DNA from: Chloroflexota bacterium
Lineage (GTDB): Bacteria; Chloroflexota; Anaerolineae; DTLA01
Reading direction: 5' to 3'
Length of the DNA stretch: 64,000 nucleotides
Assembly (NCBI GenBank): GCA_014874485.1
Contig: JADBJK010000011.1
Span: 144,328 to 208,327, forward strand
The position numbers and the translations under genes are program-made. The notes under the pieces are model-generated. The model saw only the letters and a list, made by a program, of their open reading frames with translations, was not told where the DNA came from and did not search any database. Shown piece after piece: positions 18,633 through 29,264 of this stretch (position 1 is its first letter; each line of letters starts with the position of its first letter).

Positions 18633-20114
18633 TCATTGCAGCGCTTGCTCCCCGAGGTGCAAAGTCTCCAGCACCGCGTGCGCCACGCGGATTCCACCCA
18701 GCGCCGTGGCGGCAACAGACTGGCCGGGGAAGATGCTGTCCCCGACCAGCCAGATGCCTGGGCGCAGCCTCGGCCCGCGGAATCGGAGCAGGCTGGTCTG
18801 CGGGAAACCGCCTACCCAGCCGCCCGCTCGTCGCGTGTAGCGATGGAACGTAACCGGCGTGCCGGTGAGGACGAACTCGGCGGCATCGCGCAGGCCCGGG
18901 AGCGCGCGCTCCGCTGCGGTCAGAATCCGCGCTGTGTATGCAGCCTTGCGGGCCTCGTAGGCGACGCGGTCTGTGCGGTGCAATTCCCACCATGGGGCAG
19001 GGCGCGTGTGGGCGCTGATGGTGATGGCGCGGCGGCCCGCCGGGGCGCGGGTAGCGTCCCAAGCAGGGCTGATGGAGATGAACGGCGCGTTGCCCTCGCT
19101 GAGCGGCTCGCCCGCCACAACCTGATGGTGCAGAACGGCGTCTTCGGGCACGACGCTCGCGTCCACCCCCACGTACACCATGAACGCCCCCCAGCCGTCG
19201 GCAGGACAGCGAGGAGTCGCTTCCTGGCCTAGCAGAACCGCGGCGTCCCCTGGCGTCGTGTTCAGCAGCACGATGTCAGCGATGAAACGTTCGCCATCGC
19301 GCGTGTCTACCCCAATCGGGCGGCCGCTTTGCAGGACCACGCGTGCGGCTTCGTGGCGGTACAGCACGCGCCCGCCGAACCGCGCCACGGCATCGGCCAG
19401 CGCCTGTGCGACCGCGCCCATCCCGCCGGGGAGGTGCCCCGGGCCGCGACGGGGGAGGTCTAGCGCCGCCGCGCCGTACAGTGCCACCGCGTGCGCACTG
19501 GTGGTTTGCGCTGAGATCATCAACTGCGCGTCCACAAACAGCCGCAGCCGCTCGCCTGCGCCGCGTAGGTGCGCCGCCACCGTGCGAACTGCGTCCAGGG
19601 CCAGCGCGGGATTCATGCGCCCGCGCCAGTCGTCCTTCAGCCAATCGGCGCCCATGCCGACGAACGCCGCCACATCCCGCGCGGATTGCGGCGGCCACGG
19701 AGGCAGTCGCAAGGCGAAGTCCCACAGGGCGTCTGCCGTCTGCTCCTGCCAGCGCCAGAACCGCTCGCCCGCATGCCCGAACTTGGCCCGGCGCTCGTCC
19801 CAACGGGCATCATCGCTCCGCCGCGTGATGCACGCTCCATCGGGCAGGTGGACCGTCAGCACGCGGGGGTCGTAGCGGATGGGCCAGTCTATTCCCAGGG
19901 CGCGCCCCAGGGTGTCCATCGGGCCGCCTGGGTAGAACCCCACGGGCAGCGTCGCGCCTGCCTCAAACCGATAACCCCCGCGCGCAAAGGTGCTCGCGCA
20001 TCCGCCCGCGTCGGCGTGGGCTTCCAGCACGGTTACGTCCAGCCCCGCCCGTGCGAGAAGGGCCGCCGCGGACAATCCGCCAACTCCCCCGCCCACTACG
20101 ACCACGCGGCTCAT
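18633..20114 (-). CDS. Phytoene desaturase / CrtD-like FAD oxidoreductase
   Basis: [33 protein letters not shown]. Confidence 0.85.
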   Translation of the reverse strand: MSRVVVVGGGVGGLSAAALLARAGLDVTVLEAHADAGGCASTFARGGYRFEAGATLPVGFYPGGPMDTLGRALGIDWPIRYDPRVLTVHLPDGACITRRSDDARWDERRAKFGHAGERFWRWQEQTADALWDFALRLPPWPPQSARDVAAFVGMGADWLKDDWRGRMNPALALDAVRTVAAHLRGAGERLRLFVDAQLMISAQTTSAHAVALYGAAALDLPRRGPGHLPGGMGAVAQALADAVARFGGRVLYRHEAARVVLQSGRPIGVDTRDGERFIADIVLLNTTPGDAAVLLGQEATPRCPADGWGAFMVYVGVDASVVPEDAVLHHQVVAGEPLSEGNAPFISISPAWDATRAPAGRRAITISAHTRPAPWWELHRTDRVAYEARKAAYTARILTAAERALPGLRDAAEFVLTGTPVTFHRYTRRAGGWVGGFPQTSLLRFRGPRLRPGIWLVGDSIFPGQSVAATALGGIRVAHAVLETLHLGEQALQ

Positions 20115-20154
20115 GCCCCACCTCGCGGCGTGATGGAGATATGGCGACGGCAAC

Positions 20155-21078
20155 TCACCGCGTCAAGTCCCGCAGTGCCCCCTCCAGCGTAGGGAAGCGG
20201 AAGGCGTATCCCAACTCCTGCAACCGCTTGGGCACGGCGCGCTGACCCTCCAGCAGGAGCGTGGCGACCTCGCCGAACAGCAGGCGCATGACGAACGCCG
20301 GCAGCGGTAGCCACGACGGCCGCCGCAACACCCGCGCGATGACGCGGCTCACCTCGGCGTTGGTCATCACATCGGGCGCGACCAGGTTGAACGGCCCGCG
20401 CGCGTCGGGATGTTCAATGAGGAAGCGGATGGCACCCACCTCGTCGGCGATGTGAATCCAGGGGACGTACTGCTTGCCGCCGCCGATTGGGCCGCCCACG
20501 AACAGGCGGAAGGGCAACAACATGAGCGGCAGCACTCCGCCTGTGCGGCTGAACACCACGGCGGTGCGGATGATGGCCCGGCGCACGCCCATGGCCTCCA
20601 CCGGCGCGGTTGCCGCTTCCCACTGGACGGCCACCTGCGCCAGCCAATCGGTGCCGGCGGGCGCGCTCTCGTCCAGCACCCGGTCGCCCGCGAACCCGTA
20701 GATGCCGATGCCCGACGACTGGATGACGACGCCGGGCTTGTGCGCGGCGGCCTGCACCGCCTCCACCACGGCCCGGCCCGCGTCCAGGCGGCTTTGCAGG
20801 ATGAGCCGCTTGCGTTCCGGCGTCCAGCGGCTGGGCAGCAGGCCCTCGCCGGCGATGCTGGCCCCCGCCAGGTTGACGATAGCGCCCGCGCCGTCGGCGA
20901 GATGCCCCCAGCCCTGGGCCGTTCGCCCATCCCAGCGTTCGGCGCGGACGCCCGCGGGCAGGCCCTGCGCCTTGGCCGGGTTGCGGGTCAGCACGATGAC
21001 CTCGTGGCCGGCCTGGGCCAGTTCGGCCGCCAGCGCCGACCCGATGAGCCCTGTTCCTCCCGTAATGAGCACACGCAT
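20155..21078 (-). CDS. TIGR01777-type NAD-dependent epimerase family protein
   Basis: [30 protein letters not shown]. Confidence 0.92.
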   Translation of the reverse strand: MRVLITGGTGLIGSALAAELAQAGHEVIVLTRNPAKAQGLPAGVRAERWDGRTAQGWGHLADGAGAIVNLAGASIAGEGLLPSRWTPERKRLILQSRLDAGRAVVEAVQAAAHKPGVVIQSSGIGIYGFAGDRVLDESAPAGTDWLAQVAVQWEAATAPVEAMGVRRAIIRTAVVFSRTGGVLPLMLLPFRLFVGGPIGGGKQYVPWIHIADEVGAIRFLIEHPDARGPFNLVAPDVMTNAEVSRVIARVLRRPSWLPLPAFVMRLLFGEVATLLLEGQRAVPKRLQELGYAFRFPTLEGALRDLTR

Positions 21079-21167
21079 GGCGATGACCTCCTAGGCGAAG
21101 ACTCGCTCGGTTACAGTTCACCAGTGAACGGCAATTGCCGTCGTGCGTCCGACACCGAACGCTGTTC

Positions 21168-21310
21168 TCAGCATTTTTCCACATGCTCAAGGACAGGGCC
21201 AAGTGGCTTGGGCCATCCTCTGACGCATGTGAGATACAGCCGCTTGCGCGCCCGCGTCATTGCCGTGTATACAAGGCGGCGCTGCTCGGACAAGTATTGT
21301 GGAGATGGAT
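21168..21310 (-). pseudogene. UvrD/SF1 helicase C-terminal remnant
   Basis: EQRRLVYTAMTRARKRLYL (motif VI) in a lower-GC patch, with no upstream helicase domains. Confidence 0.65.
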
Positions 21311-21417
21311 CCTCCACCGCAAAGATGTGTGGCCAGGTGGTGAGCATCGTGCTGCAAAGCAGAGGTATTCCGTTGTGCATAATCCATTATACGCGAATGT
21401 CCGGTAATCCGAAATTG

Positions 21418-21468
21418 AACAAAACAACACCCCCTCCCGCACGACACGCGCCGTGCGGAGGGGGTGTA
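21418..21468 (-). terminator. Intrinsic terminator after enoate reductase
   Basis: ACACCCCCTCC/GGAGGGGGTGT stem followed by TGTTTTGTT on the minus strand. Confidence 0.7.
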
Positions 21469-21485
21469 TCTGCCGTAGGTGCGGG

Positions 21486-23750
21486 CTACAGTGCCAACCC
21501 GACTCGGTACCCCGCCTTGACCGCCTCAAACACGCGGCCCACGGAGAACGAGTCGCCCAGGTTGTGCACCTCCGGCGCCACGCGCTCGCGGACGCACGCC
21601 TCGTACAGCGCGTCGTCCGGCTTCAGGCCGACGGCCAGCACCACCAGGTCGGCCTCCAGCGTCTCCTCGCGCAACTCCTCGCGGATGGGCCGGGCCAGCG
21701 GGTTGGGCACGTTCTCGGGCAGGATGGGCCGCCAGGTAACGTAGGGGTCGGGCACCGTCGGCGACACGTTGCGGGCGATGACCACCTCGCGCTCGCCGAT
21801 GCGCTTGACCGTGGCGCAGTTGAGCAGGCGCACGCCCTTACGCTCCAGATGGTGAATCAGGTGCCCGCGGTTGGCCGTGCAGACACCCTTCATGAAGTAC
21901 GGCAGCATCTCCACGACGGCCACATCCTTGCCCAGTTCGTAGGCCAGGAAGTAGGCCGTCTCGCAGCCCACGGAGCCGCCACCGACGATGACGATGTGGC
22001 TCTTGCCGTCGGCCGGCGACGGGTCGCGCAGCAGGTCCACCGCCTGCACCACATGCGGCAGGTCGGCGCCGGGAACGGGCAGACCGCACGGCTTCGCGCC
22101 CGCGCAGATGACGACGGCGTCAAACCCGCCCGCGCGCAGGTCGTCGGGCGAGATGGCGGTGCCGAACCGCGCTGTCAGGTCATGGTCGCGCGCGCACGCT
22201 TCCAGCGCCGCGTTCAGGTAGTCCACGTAGTTGGCCACATCGTACTTGATTTTGGGCACGCAGCCGGGGATCAGCATGCCGCCGGCCTTCGGATTGCGGT
22301 CGTACAGCGTAACGTGGTGGCCGCGGCGTGCCGCCGTCATGGCGCACACGACGCCCGCCGGGCCGGCCCCCACCACCGCGACGCGCTTGGGCTTCTCGGC
22401 GAGGGGCGGCGTCTCGGGCAGGAGTTCCTCAAAGCCAGTGCGCGGGTTCACGGCGCACTGGGGGTGGCCTCCCTCCAGGAACTCGTTGAGGCAGCCTTCC
22501 TGGTCGCCGATGCAGGGGACGATCTCGCTCACGCGGCCGGCATACGCCTTGTTGGGCCATTCGGGGTCGGCCAGCAAGGGCCGCGCCAGCATGATCATGT
22601 CGCACATCCCCTCGCGCAGCGCCCGCTCGGCCAGGTCGGGGTAGCCCAGTTTGCCGACGGCCACGATGGGCACATCCAGCCCGACATTGGACTTGACGCC
22701 GCGCTCGGCGAAGTAGTCCTTGACGATCTTGGCGACTTCCAGATAGCACCCGGGCGGCATGGACGCCGGCGGATGGGGCAGCCACCAGTTGTCGTAGCAG
22801 CCCAGGTCCACGTCAAACATGTCCACGCCCGCGCGCACCAGGTTGACCATGTACTCCAGCGTCATCTCTACGGTGCGCTCGTTGCGGAACTTGCGCAGGC
22901 CCTTGACCGACTGCATGCGCTCGCCGTAGGTGGCGTTGAGCGCCAGCGAGAGGTCAATGCGGTACATGATGGGGTAGCGCGGGCCGGTGCGCTTGCGAAT
23001 CTCCTTGACCAGTTCAGTCCCAAACGCCTGCCAGTCGGCGAATGTGCCCCACTTGCGGCGGTTGAAGGCGGGGTTGGTCATCTGCTCCAGCAGGTACCCC
23101 TCGTGCCCGTGCAGGTACACGCCGTCAATGAGCAGGCCCTTGGCGTCGGCGGCGGCCTGGCCCGCGTTGTCGATGATCTTCCAGCACTCGCGGTTGGTCA
23201 GCGGACGGCAGGGCACTTCCGGGATGTAGAAGTTGGGGTTCCAGTAGGACGAGATGGGCAGTTTGTACTTCTTGACCAGGCACTCGGGCGAGCCGACGCG
23301 CCCCAGGCCCGGCGTGAGTTGGATGAAGAACCGCGCGCCGTGGGCGTGGCAGTTCTCGGCCAGGATGCGCCACCCGGCGTAGTTGGTGCGCGAGCGGTCA
23401 ATGCGCGGGAAGTAGGACAGGTCGCCGGGCTCGGTTACCGACGGGTCCACGCCGTGGCTCACGGGCACCAGACCCGACGTGATGAGGCCCGCGCCGCCTT
23501 TGGCCCGCTCCACGAAGTACTCTATCATCTTGTTGCTGGGCCGGCCCGTCTCGTCGGCCAGGCAGATGTTGCCCATGGGCCCCATGACGATGCGGTTGCG
23601 AATCTTCACGCCGTTGACCTGGATGGGCTGGAACAGGTGGGTGTAGGGGTACAGGTCGGCAGTCATGCGGCCGTCGCGGAGTTTGGCGTCATCGGCGAAC
23701 CAGTCGCCGAAGCCACTCACCAGTTGTCGCAGTCGTTCCTCGTAGTCCAT
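21486..23750 (-). CDS. NADH:flavin oxidoreductase (2-enoate reductase-like; OYE + FeS + FAD domains)
   Basis: RNRIVMGPM, ERAKGGAGLI, HGHEGYLL, LLADPEWPNK, VVGAGPAG, IVGGGSVGCE. Confidence 0.92.
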   Translation of the reverse strand: MDYEERLRQLVSGFGDWFADDAKLRDGRMTADLYPYTHLFQPIQVNGVKIRNRIVMGPMGNICLADETGRPSNKMIEYFVERAKGGAGLITSGLVPVSHGVDPSVTEPGDLSYFPRIDRSRTNYAGWRILAENCHAHGARFFIQLTPGLGRVGSPECLVKKYKLPISSYWNPNFYIPEVPCRPLTNRECWKIIDNAGQAAADAKGLLIDGVYLHGHEGYLLEQMTNPAFNRRKWGTFADWQAFGTELVKEIRKRTGPRYPIMYRIDLSLALNATYGERMQSVKGLRKFRNERTVEMTLEYMVNLVRAGVDMFDVDLGCYDNWWLPHPPASMPPGCYLEVAKIVKDYFAERGVKSNVGLDVPIVAVGKLGYPDLAERALREGMCDMIMLARPLLADPEWPNKAYAGRVSEIVPCIGDQEGCLNEFLEGGHPQCAVNPRTGFEELLPETPPLAEKPKRVAVVGAGPAGVVCAMTAARRGHHVTLYDRNPKAGGMLIPGCVPKIKYDVANYVDYLNAALEACARDHDLTARFGTAISPDDLRAGGFDAVVICAGAKPCGLPVPGADLPHVVQAVDLLRDPSPADGKSHIVIVGGGSVGCETAYFLAYELGKDVAVVEMLPYFMKGVCTANRGHLIHHLERKGVRLLNCATVKRIGEREVVIARNVSPTVPDPYVTWRPILPENVPNPLARPIREELREETLEADLVVLAVGLKPDDALYEACVRERVAPEVHNLGDSFSVGRVFEAVKAGYRVGLAL

Positions 23751-23828
23751 GGTGGTATTCCCTCTTCGGTAGGATATGCCCGCAGTGCGAATCGCCGCGG
23801 GTTGGATTTGTGTATTCCTTCACAAACC

Positions 23829-23857
23829 ATTGTACACCGCCCGCGGACCGCTGTCAA
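23829..23857 (-). promoter_or_regulatory. Sigma70 promoter of enoate reductase
   Basis: TTGACA-17-TACAAT. Confidence 0.8.
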
Positions 23858-23904
23858 AACCGTCGGTTGCCCTTGCAGGGGAGGCAAGGCGCCTCGCGCG
23901 GTAT

Positions 23905-24340
23905 CCGCGAATGGGCGCGAATTCGCACGAATATTCAATCCACGAATCGCGCGAATCTGCACGAATGTAACAGCCTCCCTGCCCTGTCATGCTGAGCGAA
24001 GCGAAGCATCAGCGAAGCGAAGCATCTCGGTTGGCGAGATTCTTCGCGGCTGCGCCGCTCAGAATGACAGTATGGCCCTGTCATGCCGAGCGGAGCGAAG
24101 CAAATCCACGAATCGCGCGAATCTGCACGAATGTAACAGCCTCCCTGCCCTGTCATGCTGAGCGAAGCGAAGCATCAGCGAAGCGAAGCATCTCGGTTGG
24201 CGAGATTCTTCGCGGCTGCGCCGCTCAGAATGACAGTATGGCCCTGTCATGCCGAGCGGAGCGAAGCAAATCCACGAATCGCGCGAATCTGCACGAATGC
24301 AAAGGTGCCATTCGTGTTCATTCGCGCGGATTCGCGGTTC
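23905..24340. repeat. Composite repeat with 166-bp tandem units (CACGAAT..GCGAAT family plus TGTCATGCTGAGCG family)
   Basis: Unit starts at 23940, 24106, 24272. Confidence 0.85.
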
Positions 24341-24488
24341 CATGCCGCGCCGCGATTGCCTCGGGCGCTCCGCCCGCCCGCGCAAGGGCAACTTCCACCC
24401 GCCATCGCAAGACGCGGCAAGCGGCGAAGCACTCTCTGCGCCAGCCGGGTAGTCGCACCAGGCTTTGCAGCAAGTGCCGTTGGCCGCC

Positions 24489-24917
24489 CTACTTACCAGG
24501 CAGGTTGTACTGGGCGTAGTTGCCCTCAAACTCCGTCGGGATGGTGGTCAGGATTTCCACCCAGCGGATGATGCGGTTCGCGCCCTGCAGGAGTTGCAGG
24601 AACGGCCCTTGCGTCTTGAGTTTGCGCATGGTGATGGCCTTGGTGGCGCCCATCTTGCCGCGCAGGATGTCCACCCACACGCCGTAGGGAGCCGACAGGG
24701 TGAACAGCGTGGGGCGCTCGCCGATCCACACCTCGTTCATCTTGCCGTCCACGTTGTTGAATCCGATGACGATGCGCTCGTGGACGCCCTGGGCCGGCTC
24801 CGGTTCCAGCACCAGCGTGTACGACTCGTTGTTGCCCTTGGCCAGTTCCAGGTACTGCGGGTCGGCGTTGGAGCGCTTCTTGACCTCTTCCAGGTACTCC
24901 AGGCTCGCGAGTTTCAT
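24489..24917 (-). CDS. SCP2 sterol/lipid-binding domain protein
   Basis: FTLSAPYGVWVDILRGKMGATKAITMRKLKTQG; GGAGG RBS. Confidence 0.8.
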   Translation of the reverse strand: MKLASLEYLEEVKKRSNADPQYLELAKGNNESYTLVLEPEPAQGVHERIVIGFNNVDGKMNEVWIGERPTLFTLSAPYGVWVDILRGKMGATKAITMRKLKTQGPFLQLLQGANRIIRWVEILTTIPTEFEGNYAQYNLPGK

Positions 24918-24932
24918 GTGTACCTCCTCCAT

Positions 24933-24998
24933 TCAGCAGTCAGCGATCAGCAGTCAGCGATCAGCAATCAGCGGTCAGCGGTTAGCGGTCGGCGGTCA
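24933..24998. repeat. Heptamer tandem array (CAGCRRT-type)
   Basis: ~9 units such as cagcagt/cagcgat/cagcggt, overlapping the ADH stop. Confidence 0.8.
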
Positions 24999-26019
24999 GT
25001 TCGCCGCCGATGCGGACGAGAACTTTGACCGCCCCGCTGTTGGGCGTATCCAGCAACTTGAACCCTTTCTCCACAGCGTCGTCCAGGGCGATCTCGTGGG
25101 TAATCAGCGACTCCACGTCCACGCGCCCCTGCGCCACGAAGTCAATGGCAGCGGCGAATTGGGCGCGACCGGCTAGGCTGCCCTCAATGCACAGGTCGCC
25201 CATCGCCACGCTCATGAAGTCGGCTTCCACGGGCTCCACGCATAGGCCCAGGACGAAAATCTGCCCGCCCTTGCGCACCAGGGAGATGGCGTCGCGGTAG
25301 GGCTGGGGCGCGCCCGTGCACACGTAGATGACGTCGGGGCCTTGGCCGTCGGTCAGGGCCGACAGGTTCACGACCACGTTGTCGCGCGTTGGGTCCAGCA
25401 CGACCGCTGCACCCAACTTCTGGGCCAGGGCCGCGCGGGTGGGGTCCACCTCGGTTACGGCCACCATCCGCGCCCCGGCCACGAGCGCGCACTGGAGCGT
25501 GAGCAGGCCGATGGGCCCCGCGCCCATGACCAGCGCGCGGTCGCCGGGCTTGAGCCGCGAGCGGTGCACGCCGTGCAGCGCCACCGAAAGCGGCTCCACC
25601 AGCGCGCCGCGGCGCAGGCCCACGCCATCGGGCAGGCGGTGCAAGCCGCGCACGGGCGCGACGCAGTACTCGGCCATGGCCCCGTCGTGGGTTACGCCGA
25701 TCATGTACAGGCTTTCGCAGGCGTCCAGTCGCCCGTCGCGGCAGGGCCGGCACTCGCCGCAGGGGACGGCGTCGTTGACCACGACGCGGTCGCCCGGCCG
25801 CCAGTCGGCCACGTCCGGCCCCACCTGGGCGATGACGCCCGCGAACTCGTGGCCCACGATCAGCCCGGGCGCGTACATGCCGGTGTGGTACGCCTCCATG
25901 TCGGATCCGCAGATGCCGCAATAGCCCACGCGGATGAGGACCTCCCCCGCAGCCGGTTCGGGCATGGGCACATCGGCGACCTCAAACTGCTGGATTCCTC
26001 GCACAACGACGGCTTTCAT
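24982..26019 (-). CDS. Zn-dependent medium-chain dehydrogenase (butanediol/threonine DH-like)
   Basis: CGICGSD, GHEFAG, CGECRPC..C, GAGPIG. Confidence 0.93.
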   Translation of the reverse strand: MKAVVVRGIQQFEVADVPMPEPAAGEVLIRVGYCGICGSDMEAYHTGMYAPGLIVGHEFAGVIAQVGPDVADWRPGDRVVVNDAVPCGECRPCRDGRLDACESLYMIGVTHDGAMAEYCVAPVRGLHRLPDGVGLRRGALVEPLSVALHGVHRSRLKPGDRALVMGAGPIGLLTLQCALVAGARMVAVTEVDPTRAALAQKLGAAVVLDPTRDNVVVNLSALTDGQGPDVIYVCTGAPQPYRDAISLVRKGGQIFVLGLCVEPVEADFMSVAMGDLCIEGSLAGRAQFAAAIDFVAQGRVDVESLITHEIALDDAVEKGFKLLDTPNSGAVKVLVRIGGELTADR

Positions 26020-26123
26020 GTGCTCCTCCTACATATCTTTGCACCGCAGAGACGCGTTCGGTTGTTCGCACCGCAGAGACGCAGAGCGCACAGAGGGTAT
26101 TCGGTTGTTTGCGGTGAAACTCC

Positions 26124-27848
26124 TTACCACGGGAGTTCGCACCCCTCCATCCAGACGGCATCCAGGTTCTCCAGGTCGGGCGGCGTCAGGTTGGCCCATT
26201 TGTCCACCACCACGTCCAGCACCGCCGGCTTGCCCGACTTGACCGCGCGCTCCAGGGCCGGCGTGATCTGCGACGGCTCCTCAACGCGTTCCCCGTAGCA
26301 GCCCATGGCCCGCGCCACCAGGTCGTAGCGCACGTCGTCAAAGTCCACGCCGATGTAGCGTGCGTCGTAGGCGGCCAACTGCGCACCCTTGATCATCCCC
26401 CACTGGCAGTCGTTGGCAACGATGACGACAAACGGCAACTTGAGCCGCGCCGCCGTCTCCAACTCCTGCATGTTGAGGCCGAAGGCCCCGTCGCCGCAGA
26501 TGGCGTACACCGGGCGGTCGGGCGCGGCCAGTTTCGCGCCGATGGCGTAGGGCAGGCCCGTGCCCAGTTGCCCCGAGTCGGCGGCCCACAGGAACGACCG
26601 CGGCGCGTACACGCGGTTCAGGTAGTGCGCCCAGACGTTGGTGTTGCCGCCGTCCACGATGGTGATGGCGTCGCGCGGGAAGAAGGCCCGCACGTCGCGC
26701 ACCAGGCGCAGCGGGTGAATCGGCGTCCTGTCCGAGGCGGCGTCGGCGGCGAACTGCGCCAGCCAGGCCTCCTGCGTCGCGCGGTAGTCGGCCATGTCGG
26801 GCCGTTCGGGGATGGGCTTGGTGAGGCGTTTCACGGCCTCAATCAGCAGGCGCAGGGTGGCCTTGGCGTCGCCGATGAGGGCCAAATCCACGGGGCGGTT
26901 CAGGCCGACCACCTGCGGCTCAATGTCAATCTGAATCAGTTTCTGCGCATCAGGCTCGCCCCAATAAGGTGGCTGGCCCCAGAAATCCACATCGCCAAGC
27001 CGCCCGCCGACGAGGAGCACCACGTCGGCCATGGCCTGGGCCCCCAGCGCGCCGAACCCGCCCGGAATCAGGCACAGGGGGTGGTCCTCCGGGATGACGC
27101 CACACGCGCCCTGGCTGGTGGTAACGGGGGCCGACAGGTACTCGGCGAGTTCGCGGACCTCGTCCCACGCGCCGGAGCGAAGCGCGCCGCCGCCCGGGTG
27201 GATGAGCGGGCGCTCGGCTTCCACCAGCATCCGCGCCGCCTGCTCAATTAACTCGGGCTGGGCCACGGGGCCGCGGTCGGCTCGGTAGCGGGATGGCGGC
27301 GAGATGTCCAGCGACTCCTCGTCGCCGGTGCCCACCATCACGTCCACGTGCAGGTCCAGGTGCACCGGACGCGGGCGACCGGACACCGCCGCGCGGAAGG
27401 CCGCATGCACCAGTTCCGGGATGCGCTTCCAGTGGGCCACGCGGGCGCTCCATTTGGTGATGGGCTGGAACAGGCCGATTTGGTCCAGCGACTGCATGGA
27501 GCCGCGCTCCGGGTACGATTTCCACGTCTGGTTCTGGGCCGTGAGCACCACCATCGGGATGGAGTCGGCCCAGGCCGCGTACACGCCGGGCACCAGGTCT
27601 GCGGCGCCAGGCCCCACCGTGCCGATGCACACGCCCGGCTCGCCGGTAACCCGCGCGTAGGCGTCGGCCATGTGGGCGGCGGCCTGCTCGTGGCGCGTCA
27701 TGATGAATTGCAGGCCCGCGTCGCTCCCGAAGCGCCGTATGGCATCCAGGATGGGGCACAGTTGCCCGCCGGGGATGCCGAAGACAAACCGCACGTTCTC
27801 CTGAATCAGGCATTTGACCAGGACATCGGAACCCATGATTGCGCCCAT
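26124..27848 (-). CDS. Thiamine pyrophosphate-dependent enzyme (acetolactate synthase-like)
   Basis: FGIPGG, RHEQAA, GDGAFG..(N)D motif. Confidence 0.92.
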   Translation of the reverse strand: MGAIMGSDVLVKCLIQENVRFVFGIPGGQLCPILDAIRRFGSDAGLQFIMTRHEQAAAHMADAYARVTGEPGVCIGTVGPGAADLVPGVYAAWADSIPMVVLTAQNQTWKSYPERGSMQSLDQIGLFQPITKWSARVAHWKRIPELVHAAFRAAVSGRPRPVHLDLHVDVMVGTGDEESLDISPPSRYRADRGPVAQPELIEQAARMLVEAERPLIHPGGGALRSGAWDEVRELAEYLSAPVTTSQGACGVIPEDHPLCLIPGGFGALGAQAMADVVLLVGGRLGDVDFWGQPPYWGEPDAQKLIQIDIEPQVVGLNRPVDLALIGDAKATLRLLIEAVKRLTKPIPERPDMADYRATQEAWLAQFAADAASDRTPIHPLRLVRDVRAFFPRDAITIVDGGNTNVWAHYLNRVYAPRSFLWAADSGQLGTGLPYAIGAKLAAPDRPVYAICGDGAFGLNMQELETAARLKLPFVVIVANDCQWGMIKGAQLAAYDARYIGVDFDDVRYDLVARAMGCYGERVEEPSQITPALERAVKSGKPAVLDVVVDKWANLTPPDLENLDAVWMEGCELPW

Positions 27849-27908
27849 CTCTACCTCCTTATGCTCTCAATCTTCGTGGTCTCCGCGGTGATTTCCAGTG
27901 CAAGGCGT

Positions 27909-29222
27909 TTACTCCAGGATCGGGAACGTGATGCCGCCGTGGGGGAAGGCGCGGACGGCGGCCCGTCGTGGGAATCGGCGCTGGGCGTGGGCGATGGCCG
28001 CCTCGGGCGTGTCGGCGAACTCCACGAACGGCAGGTTCCCGCGCACTTCGGCGGGGATGGTCGGCGCGTAGATCACCAGCGTGGCGTGGCGCATCGCCTG
28101 GAGCGCGAAGTACAGGAAGAACCGGTCTTCCTCGCCCATGCCGCGCATCTTCATCTTCGGGATGGCCTTCAGGAGCAGCGGGGCCAGTACCCGCAGCGCC
28201 CCGCGTCCCAGGGGCAGTTTCCGATTCGCCAGGCCGAACACGCCCACGCCTTCATCCGCCTTGACCAGCGTGATGAGGACGCCGCCCCGCCGCACCGCGC
28301 GGATGGTATTCGCCAGCGCCTTCACGCCCTGGCGCAGGTCCTGGTTCATGGGGTTGGAGTCGGTGATGACCACATCGGCGGGAGCGGGCACGGCAACGCC
28401 GTACAGGGTCGCGCTGGTGCGGACGCCCTCCCGATGCGCCGCGATGGGATCGCCCGACACGACGCGCACCACCTGCTGGCGGCTGTCCAGCACGGCGTTG
28501 ACGATGAAGACCGGCGGCGTGAGCATGCGTCCGGCCTCCTCCAGGTCCAGGCGCATGGGGTTGCGGTCAATGGGCTGGCCCACCATGTTGAACGTGGCCG
28601 GCGCGCAGTTCAAGGCGTGGTTGTGGGCGATGGCCTCGCGGGACGCCACGCCCGGCAGGATGTTCTTGTACCCGCCGCCGAAACTGGCGATGATGTGCGG
28701 CTCAATGCAGCCGACGGACACGACCACGTCCGCCTCCGCCACGGTCTTGTGAATGCGGACGGGCGTGCCCCGCTGGGTCGTGCCCAGGAATGCGAGCCTG
28801 GCGGGGTCATCGCCGTCGGGGTTCTCCCAGCGTAGGCCGGCGAAGTTGTCCGGCCCCACGCGCGCGGCCAGTTCGTCCTCGTTCATCGGGCGGTGGACGC
28901 CAAGCGCAGGGACGAGGGTGATGTCCCCCCGCGCCACGCCCGCGGCCTCCAGTTCCGCCAGGACGCCGCCGACCAGAACCGACGCGGGCGTGGGGCGGCT
29001 GCCGTCGTCCACCACCAGGGCCACGCGCATGCCTGGGCGGGCGAGTTCCCGCAGGCGCGGCATTCCGAAGGGCTGCTGCAGGCTGCGACGGACTTCCTCG
29101 GCGGCGTCGGGCGCAGGGGGAAGCGAGGCGGGTTCGTGGATTCCGGCCACCGTCCAGGATTCGGGCAACCGAAGGGAGAGCGTCTCCCTTCCCCAGGGCA
29201 TGTCCAGGGTCTGACTCGCCAT
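27909..29222 (-). CDS. larA: LarA family nickel-pincer racemase/epimerase
   Basis: VDDGSRPTP, ALGVHRPM, IEPH, GGYKNILPG, AHNH; AAGGAGG RBS. Confidence 0.88.
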   Translation of the reverse strand: MASQTLDMPWGRETLSLRLPESWTVAGIHEPASLPPAPDAAEEVRRSLQQPFGMPRLRELARPGMRVALVVDDGSRPTPASVLVGGVLAELEAAGVARGDITLVPALGVHRPMNEDELAARVGPDNFAGLRWENPDGDDPARLAFLGTTQRGTPVRIHKTVAEADVVVSVGCIEPHIIASFGGGYKNILPGVASREAIAHNHALNCAPATFNMVGQPIDRNPMRLDLEEAGRMLTPPVFIVNAVLDSRQQVVRVVSGDPIAAHREGVRTSATLYGVAVPAPADVVITDSNPMNQDLRQGVKALANTIRAVRRGGVLITLVKADEGVGVFGLANRKLPLGRGALRVLAPLLLKAIPKMKMRGMGEEDRFFLYFALQAMRHATLVIYAPTIPAEVRGNLPFVEFADTPEAAIAHAQRRFPRRAAVRAFPHGGITFPILE

Positions 29223-29264
29223 AGAACGCCTCCTTATTATGCATTCGGTTGTCGTCAACGAATT

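Noticed and set aside
21453..24161. 902-aa plus-strand ORF and other long antisense ORFs (3051-4589, 30227-32416, 51591-53507, 61113-63020)
   Set aside because: Shadow frames of well-supported genes in high-GC DNA, with no recognisable motifs.
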